DNA of 6,005 bases from a virus. The position numbers and the translations under genes were made by a program. The stretch covers positions 1 through 6,005 of the IMG/VR virus record IMGVR_UViG_3300020030_000020; one strand, 5' to 3'. Positions 5,847 to 6,005 of the stretch are shown in pieces. The notes under the pieces were generated by a model. It was not told where the DNA came from. It searched no databases and worked only from the letters and a program-made list of their open reading frames with translations. Positions within the stretch are counted from its first letter, which is position 1, and every line of letters starts with the position of its first letter.

Positions 5847-5884
5847 AAAAAAAAGTCTGCGAGAGATTTTTCTCCCGCAGGACT
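5847..5884 (-). terminator. Rho-independent terminator on the minus strand
   Basis: The minus strand reads agtcCTGCGGGAGA-aaaa-TCTCTCGCAGAct followed by a T-run. The stem pairs 5854-5866 with 5871-5884: 13 pairs, one bulge (g5880), and one position that is a G-T wobble on the minus strand but an A-C mismatch on the plus strand. The loop is 4 nt (5867-5870). An A8 run at 5847-5854 on the plus strand gives the trailing T tract on the minus strand. It lies 43 nt downstream of the ORF107 stop across the circle junction. Confidence 0.7.
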
Positions 5885-5917
5885 AACGAGTTAAAGAACT
5901 CTTCCACCAAGCGGGCG

Positions 5918-6005
5918 GGTCACTACTCTAGTGCCCTTTCCCTTCTTCTTTCGACGCGCTTTCATTGTGAGTCAAATCAGTGCTAAACATAAGAACAAGT
6001 GTATT
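5918..6005. repeat. Terminal direct repeat, copy 2 (circular-genome overlap)
   Basis: This copy is identical to 1-88. It contains a duplicate of the last 25 codons plus stop of ORF107 (5928-6005). Confidence 0.95.

Overview
The window is one complete circular genome of a small ssDNA phage of the family Microviridae. The unit length is 5917 nt, and bases 1-88 recur exactly at 5918-6005, which is the overlap expected from a circular contig. All credible genes lie on the minus strand and are tightly packed. In transcription order they are: a basic 66-aa ORF, the rolling-circle initiator VP4, the major capsid protein VP1, an acidic 98-aa protein (possible scaffold), a 63-aa predicted lipoprotein, a long VP2/pilot-like protein, ORF101 and ORF107. 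A clear minus-strand intrinsic terminator follows ORF107. Only about 340 nt is non-coding, and it holds most of the structure of interest. There is a roughly 73-nt extended hairpin in the largest gap. The terminator hairpin is built on the same palindromic core as that hairpin. One site matches the Bacteroides-type promoter consensus (TTTG-N19-TAnnTTTG). No gene has a Shine-Dalgarno sequence, and every start sits in an A/T-rich context. Together with the 5.9-kb size, this points to a Bacteroidota host and an alpavirus-like or other non-phiX lineage; this is inference. The items most worth follow-up are the stand-alone mini-lipoprotein gene (candidate lysis or exclusion factor), the separately promoted ORF101-ORF107 cassette, the related intergenic hairpins (candidate origin or attenuator), and an overprinted transmembrane ORF across the ORF66/VP4 junction. 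I found no tRNA, rRNA, CRISPR array or transposon. All homology statements come from reading the translations, not from database searches.
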